Below are positions 58,855 to 64,000 of a stretch of DNA of 64,000 nt, piece by piece. The DNA comes from an uncultured Christensenella sp. Lineage in GTDB: Bacteria > Bacillota > Clostridia > Christensenellales > UBA3700. The DNA lies in contig CAJTNA010000001.1 in assembly GCA_910577845.1 (NCBI GenBank), positions 157,329-221,328 on the forward strand, read 5' to 3'. Position numbers and translations under genes: made by a program. Under the pieces are notes generated by a model. It made no database searches and was not told the origin of the DNA. It was given only the letters and a program-made list of their open reading frames with translations. How positions within the stretch are numbered: position 1 is the first letter of the stretch; each line of letters starts with the position of its first letter.

Positions 58855-59097
58855 TTAATTATCTATTTCAAGAGTATGAGCACAAGTTTCTCCGCAATTA
58901 GGACAAGTGAACAAATAATTATCAAACATATGCCACGCAAATAAAAATTTAAAAAATTTAGGTTTATGTGAATATCCGCATTTTTCACATATAAATGATG
59001 ATTTTCTCCAAACAAAATACCCTATCAAAGTTGCTATAAAGAAAACAAATAACATAAAGCCAATTATAATCAAAGCAATATAACCACCAATACTCAT
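58855..59097 (-). CDS. Small membrane-anchored zinc-ribbon protein
   Basis: One TM helix followed by CEKCG...CPNCG. Confidence 0.5.
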   Translation of the reverse strand: MSIGGYIALIIIGFMLFVFFIATLIGYFVWRKSSFICEKCGYSHKPKFFKFLFAWHMFDNYLFTCPNCGETCAHTLEIDN

Positions 59098-59296
59098 TTA
59101 TACCTCCTAATATTTATGCAACTTAAATTGTACATAAAATCAAATACTTTGGACTAATATTAATTACTAATTAAAGTAACTCACATTATCCAATATTATT
59201 ATACCACTAAACAACAAAAAAGTAAATACTTGCCGATTAAAATAAAACCTTATTAAATTTATTTGATTTTTTATCAAAAATAAGGTAAAATTAATA

Positions 59297-59345
59297 TGTA
59301 AAAAGTTTTAATCAAATTAATAATATAAAAGCATATTGACTAAAG
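59297..59345 (+). repeat. Copy B of the ~47-nt direct repeat, upstream of tRNA-Ser(GGA)
   Basis: tgtaaaaagttttaatcaaattaataatataaaagcatattgactaaa. Confidence 0.7.
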
Positions 59346-59417
59346 TATTTACCTAACAGATTAATATTCAAAATTATGTATAATTTAAACTTTAAATTTT
59401 AAATAAAAAATCATTAT

Positions 59418-59508
59418 AGAGAGGTCTCCTAGTTTGGCTTATGGAGCACGATTGGAAATCGTGTAATGTTGATAGCATTCGAGGGTTCAAATCCCTTCCT
59501 CTCTGCCA
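59418..59508 (+). tRNA. tRNA-Ser (anticodon GGA), CCA encoded
   Basis: Acceptor agagagg/cctctct, anticodon stem cacga/tcgtg with loop ttGGAaa, a long variable arm and T-arm gagggttcaaatccctt. Confidence 0.85.
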
Positions 59509-59747
59509 TAATATTTCAAATACGAACACTTGCTACTATTTATTTAAATATAGGGTATTTGGAATTTTTATAAAAGGTCAACTTTATTGTTGGCTTTTTT
59601 ATATTTAAAAGCTAATAGCATAAAAAACAATTTAATACTCAATAAACTAAAACTGAGAGTTCACATTAGAATTCTCAGCTTTAGAGGTATTAATTTATTT
59701 ATTTTAATTAACTTTACATAAATTAGTTAATTTTACCTAATGCAAAT

Positions 59748-60905
59748 TTACTCAATTTCATTGTTATTTTTATCAAGCTTTCCATCAGTGCAAATTACTA
59801 TGAACTCACTAGAATTTTTATTCCAATTAGATTCTTTTGTTATTGCAATCCATTCAGCTTTTGCCCCAGCATAAGTTATAGTTTCAAGACTAGTGCAATC
59901 TTCAAACGCAGATACACCAATCCCCTTGATTTTATTTCCTAGTTTTAGCGTTTTAAGTTTTTTACATCCATTAAACATCTGCCAACCAATATTTGTCATA
60001 TTTTCACTTAAAATAACACTTTCAAGATTTATGCAATTTTCAAATGCATAACTTTCAATTTTAGTTACGCTATCAGGAATTATAACAGAAGTAAGACTGC
60101 TACACTCAGAAAAAGCTGACTCACCAATAGTTTTTACACTGTTAGAAATTGTGATTGAAGTAAGAGTGCTACACTTCATTAATGCATACTTATCAATCGA
60201 ATCACCGCCATTAATAACAAGTGTTTTTAGATTTATATGTGGTATACTGCTAATTGCTGTTGTTGGCATAGTAGCAGTTGATATATTACTGCAATTTGAA
60301 AATGTAGATTTGCCAATAGTAATTACAGTATTTGGAATTGTAATACTTGTTATACTAGTGCAATTATTGAATGCATAATTATTAATAGTTGCAATGTCGT
60401 TTGGAATAACCAAATCAGTAACCAACTCACCATTTAAATATAAATTTTTTGCAGTGGCAATTGGGCTTGCATCTTGATTTTCAAAATTAATTGTGCAATA
60501 CGCAGATAAATCTTTGATATTAACTTTTTCAAGACTAGTGCAACCAAAAAACGCAGAGTTACCAATATTTATTAAATTTTTTGGAAGTGTAACACTTGTT
60601 AGTTTTGTGCATTCAAAAAAAGCTTCACTTTTAATGCTAACTACTGGTTTTTCGTTATAAGTTTCTGGGATAACTACTTCTGTTATATTTTCTTTTTCAG
60701 CATCTAGTTTTAATGAAACAGAATATCCACCATCTACCTCAACATACTCCAAAATTTCTGCAACAATATTTCCACCATTACCATCATTCTCACTGCCATT
60801 GTCCTTATCATCATTGTTATTGCCACCACAAGCAACTAGCACAAATGACAAACAACAAATTAATAAAACTATAAAAATAGTAAATAAAACCTTTGATTTT
60901 TTCAT
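59748..60905 (-). CDS. BspA-type leucine-rich repeat (LRR_5) surface lipoprotein
   Basis: Signal peptide with lipobox LVAC. Repeated units of the form ...IP..V..IG..AF..C..L.SI.I. Confidence 0.85.
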   Translation of the reverse strand: MKKSKVLFTIFIVLLICCLSFVLVACGGNNNDDKDNGSENDGNGGNIVAEILEYVEVDGGYSVSLKLDAEKENITEVVIPETYNEKPVVSIKSEAFFECTKLTSVTLPKNLINIGNSAFFGCTSLEKVNIKDLSAYCTINFENQDASPIATAKNLYLNGELVTDLVIPNDIATINNYAFNNCTSITSITIPNTVITIGKSTFSNCSNISTATMPTTAISSIPHINLKTLVINGGDSIDKYALMKCSTLTSITISNSVKTIGESAFSECSSLTSVIIPDSVTKIESYAFENCINLESVILSENMTNIGWQMFNGCKKLKTLKLGNKIKGIGVSAFEDCTSLETITYAGAKAEWIAITKESNWNKNSSEFIVICTDGKLDKNNNEIE

Positions 60906-60953
60906 TTTTTACTCCTTATTTTATTTGTTTTTGATTAATAATTTTTTTCATTT

Positions 60954-61118
60954 TGTTCATCAAATAATACAATTGATGAATATTTTATATTTATATTATA
61001 ACTTTTTTTGTAAAATTTGTCAATATTAAATTGAATTATTTTCTATGTTGTGACTATTGCCGTACAAAATGCTACTGTATGACAAAATATGTTCATCAAT
61101 TGTATTAATTGATGAACA
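60954..61118 (-). promoter_or_regulatory. Candidate invertible promoter: 30-nt inverted repeats flanking a consensus promoter
   Basis: IR-L 60954-60983 and IR-R 61089-61118 match at 28 of 30 positions in inverted orientation. Between them, on the minus strand, lies TTGACA (61018-61023), a 17-nt spacer and TATAAT (60995-61000), pointing at the LRR gene. Confidence 0.6.
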
Positions 61119-61173
61119 TTTTTATCTAATAACAAATTGATTTAAATTGCAATTTAGTATCGATTTTCGGTGG

Positions 61174-61947
61174 TTAATCTTGATTTTGGCAAGTGAATTG
61201 TGTGCCAAAATCAAGATACCTACATATGTAGTATTTTTTCTCAATGGACAAATCTTTACCCGTTAAGTATAGTTTGATTTGCAAATAACTAGAATTTTCA
61301 AAATTGTTTTTATTTATAATATATTTTGTACGCTTTACTACACCATCAATATTGCTGAATATTTGACAATTGGGGAATAATTTTTTTAGTTCTGGAACTA
61401 CAAAATTATAATGTGTACAACCAATTACTACTCCCTCAATGTTTGTATATTTTTTTAAACTTTCTGTTAAAAAGTCATAGATTATTTTTTTATTTTCGTA
61501 ATTATTTTCCACCATATTAGCAAGACAAGACATATCTGGAAAATAAAAATTTTTATTTGTATTATTATGTATCATATCTACTACTCTATCCGATTTTAAA
61601 GTGGCTGGAGTTGCAAGTAATAAGATATTATCGCACTTCAATGTTGCTGGTTTTATTGGTGGCTCTACACCTACAATAGGAATATTATCAAACATTAATC
61701 GCAACTTATCTATTGCTCTACTTGTTAAAGTATTGCAAGCAATTATAATTATATTAACACCAATATCCAATAGTTTTTTCATATTACTATAACCGATTGC
61801 AACTAATTCACTTTCACTTTTTGAGCCATAAGGGTGATATTTATTATCATATAAATAATGATATTCTGCATTAACATTATTTTCTATTAACCCTTTTAAT
61901 ACACTGAGTCCACCCATACCGCTATCAATCAAACCTATTTTTAACAT
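61174..61947 (-). CDS. murI: Glutamate racemase
   Basis: IGLIDSGMGGLSV, ACNT and GCTHY catalytic cysteine motifs. The start is probably the ATG at 61947; the track ORF begins at TTG 61983. Confidence 0.9.
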   Translation of the reverse strand: MLKIGLIDSGMGGLSVLKGLIENNVNAEYHYLYDNKYHPYGSKSESELVAIGYSNMKKLLDIGVNIIIIACNTLTSRAIDKLRLMFDNIPIVGVEPPIKPATLKCDNILLLATPATLKSDRVVDMIHNNTNKNFYFPDMSCLANMVENNYENKKIIYDFLTESLKKYTNIEGVVIGCTHYNFVVPELKKLFPNCQIFSNIDGVVKRTKYIINKNNFENSSYLQIKLYLTGKDLSIEKKYYICRYLDFGTQFTCQNQD

Positions 61948-62019
61948 ATACACCTTTAATAAAAAATCACGTGCAAATAGCAACGAATACTGTAAATAAT
62001 TAAATACAATTATATTTTA

Positions 62020-62706
62020 TTAAGATAAAATTTGTCTTATGCCATTTGCAATTGATTTTGCTAATTTTTCTGCAATATCCTCTGTATCAATAGGGATAAC
62101 TAAACGGCGTGAATTATTTACATTGACGCTTGCAACGAGAGGAACACCGATTGCAAGTATTGGTACTCCAAGACTTTTCGCAGTTAAGATTTTACGGCTA
62201 TTACCTACACCACTACCTGGTGTAAGACCAACATTAGTTATTTGAATACTCTTTCCAACTCTTGCAATATCGCTTGTTGCAAGCGAATCAATTGCTATAA
62301 TCAATGTAGGTTTTACAAGCTTTTTTGTAGAAAGAATTATATCGTGTGATTCTATACCAGTAACTCTGCTTACTTGTGGTTTAAACTTTGCCATTTTTTC
62401 ATTCGCAACTGGCAAATTATCAAGCACTAGCTCACCCAAAGCATCTGAAATATATCTTGCATTACCAAGCCCAATAAGTAAAATTTTATCGCATTTATAT
62501 CCGTAAGACAACAAACATTCTGCTATAGCATTTTCCACAATATAAGGCTCTGCTGTGCAATCAATATCATAATACACACCACACCTATCATTAAATAAGC
62601 TCTTGTCAGTAACATTTATTCTTTTAATAATATTTTCACATCGATTTTGGTCGCTTTTTTTAACAATATCACTCGCAAATTCTACAGCTAAATCACTATT
62701 TATCAT
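62020..62706 (-). CDS. gpr: Germination protease (GPR endopeptidase), short form
   Basis: SDLAVE N-terminus, LIGLGNARYISDALG and IIAIDSLA...IQITNVGLTPGSGVGN...LGVPILAIGVP. Divergent from rpsT, as in Bacillus. Confidence 0.75.
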   Translation of the reverse strand: MINSDLAVEFASDIVKKSDQNRCENIIKRINVTDKSLFNDRCGVYYDIDCTAEPYIVENAIAECLLSYGYKCDKILLIGLGNARYISDALGELVLDNLPVANEKMAKFKPQVSRVTGIESHDIILSTKKLVKPTLIIAIDSLATSDIARVGKSIQITNVGLTPGSGVGNSRKILTAKSLGVPILAIGVPLVASVNVNNSRRLVIPIDTEDIAEKLAKSIANGIRQILS

Positions 62707-62838
62707 ATCTAACCACCTATATAACTGAAATTATTGACATTTTTATAGAAAATATAAAAAATATAGTGCAAAATGATTGCAAAAAAAAATTAAATATGCT
62801 AAAATTAGTAAGAAATAAGATATAAAGGAGATATTGTT

Positions 62839-63105
62839 GTGCCTAATATTAAATCTCAAAAGAAAAGAGTAATCACTAATAATAAAGCTAACGAAGCAAA
62901 TAGAGCAAAGCGTTCAAGAGTTAGAACTGCAATCAAAGAGTACAATGCTACTTTACAAGCAGGTGATATTGCTAAGGCAGAAGAGTTATTGAAAGAGACT
63001 ATTTCATTAATTAATCGTGCTAAAAGTGATGGTATTTACACTCAAAATAATGCTAGCAGAAAAATCAGCAGACTTAGTATGGCTTTAGACAAAGCTAGAG
63101 CTTAA
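62839..63105 (+). CDS. rpsT: 30S ribosomal protein S20
   Basis: PNIKSQKKRV N-terminus. GTG start behind an AAAGGAG RBS. Confidence 0.95.
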   Translation: MPNIKSQKKRVITNNKANEANRAKRSRVRTAIKEYNATLQAGDIAKAEELLKETISLINRAKSDGIYTQNNASRKISRLSMALDKARA

Positions 63106-63124
63106 TTATTTACTATAAATTTAA

Positions 63125-63154
63125 GCTAGGACACTACTCTGTAGTGTCTAGTTT
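63125..63154 (+). terminator. rpsT terminator
   Basis: ctaggacactac-tc-tgtagtgtctag followed by tttt. A second hairpin (ccctacaa/ttgtaggg plus a T run) follows at 63196-63225. Confidence 0.7.
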
Positions 63155-63753
63155 TGTTTATTATGAAATTTTTAATTTATTGAGTTAATACTTTACCCTA
63201 CAAATTACTTGTAGGGATATTTTTTAAGCTATATATTTTGATATAAAAAGCATTTAAATGTATCAAATTCAATTTGTAAAAATATAGCTTTTGTTTAAAT
63301 TATGAGATACTTAAATTAATTAAACTTAATTTTACAATTATTATAATTTCAAATTACTTGTTTACACTATTAATATAAAATTATTACTAATTAAATTTAA
63401 TTGCTTTATATTTTTAAAAGGAATAAAATCAATATAAAACACTATAAAAACTAGCTTAAATTTTAAATAATATTATTTAACTTTATAATTCATCTAAATT
63501 ACAATTAATATATCTAATTTAACCAAAAAGTTACACATAGTTAGATAAAAACTTTAAAATCGACTAGAGTTTTTACCAAAGCATAATATTTGTAATTGAA
63601 AACAATTAATTAAAAAACTTTTAATAGTTTTTGCACTTTACTTATCTTAAATATAACAAATTTTATAAATGATATATAGTGATTTTTTAACAACAAAAAA
63701 GTTCCTAAAAAAGGAACTTTTTTTGATTAATTACATATTTTTAAATATTTAAA

Positions 63754-64000
63754 TTATTCAGCGTCTTTGTTATCAAAAGAAAGATTTAAACCTTTGAATA
63801 AGTCAGCCATTGTTGCACCTGCAGTTTCTGATGTCCAAGACTTAGCTTCCTCTTGTACTGGTGCTGGAGTAGCTGTCTTTTTAGCCTTTGGCTTTTTAGC
63901 TTGAGAAGCTACATTTTCAAACTTTTTAGCATTTGCTTTAGCACGTTTCTCGTTGTTCTCTTTGATATCGTCAGAAGTTATTTCAACATCTTTCTCAACT
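63754..64000 (-). CDS. 3' end of an unidentified CDS (partial, continues beyond the window)
   Basis: Open frame read by hand: ...ENNEKRAKANAKKFENVASQAKKPKAKKTATPAPVQEEAKSWTSETAGATMADLFKGLNLSFDNKDAE*. It is followed by the terminator aaaaaagttcc/ggaacttttttt at 63696-63726. Confidence 0.5.
   Translation of the reverse strand, partial: VEKDVEITSDDIKENNEKRAKANAKKFENVASQAKKPKAKKTATPAPVQEEAKSWTSETAGATMADLFKGLNLSFDNKDAE

Overview
Strongly AT-rich chromosomal segment, by eye about 70% A+T, from a low-GC, spore-forming Bacillota (Clostridia-like) genome that uses the standard code. Positions 1-28.5 kb are a minus-strand housekeeping block. It holds recO-yqzL-era-ybeY-HD hydrolase-phoH-yqfD-yqfC, then pepF-dnaB, a patatin gene, coaD/rsmD/alr, an aconitase-paaK-iorAB-paaK-ACT cluster, and clpX-clpP-tig. 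From tRNA-Ser(UGA) at 30.45 kb to about 43.9 kb the content is accessory, mostly on the plus strand. It contains a small insertion bounded by repeats next to the tRNA, an unclassified structured or invertible leader in front of a CxxC-rich lipoprotein, an FRG-domain gene, a C39-like peptidase, several gene remnants, an S-4TM-like membrane protein and a TetR/ABC export operon. Core genes resume at 44-52 kb: icd, ddl-murF, rimI-tsaB-tsaE and an FMN riboswitch with ribU. A second accessory islet lies between tRNA-Thr(GGU) and tRNA-Ser(GGA) and carries a MerR/ABC-2 operon, an immunity-like gene, a frameshifted isomerase and a DUF1848 gene. The window ends with a BspA-type LRR lipoprotein, murI, gpr and rpsT. 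No transposase, integrase, CRISPR array or rRNA was seen. The strongest leads are two inverted-repeat-bounded elements in front of surface lipoprotein genes (60954-61118 and 31190-31356). The first encloses a perfect consensus promoter and looks like a phase-variable inverton. All protein calls come from motif recognition by eye, with no database search.
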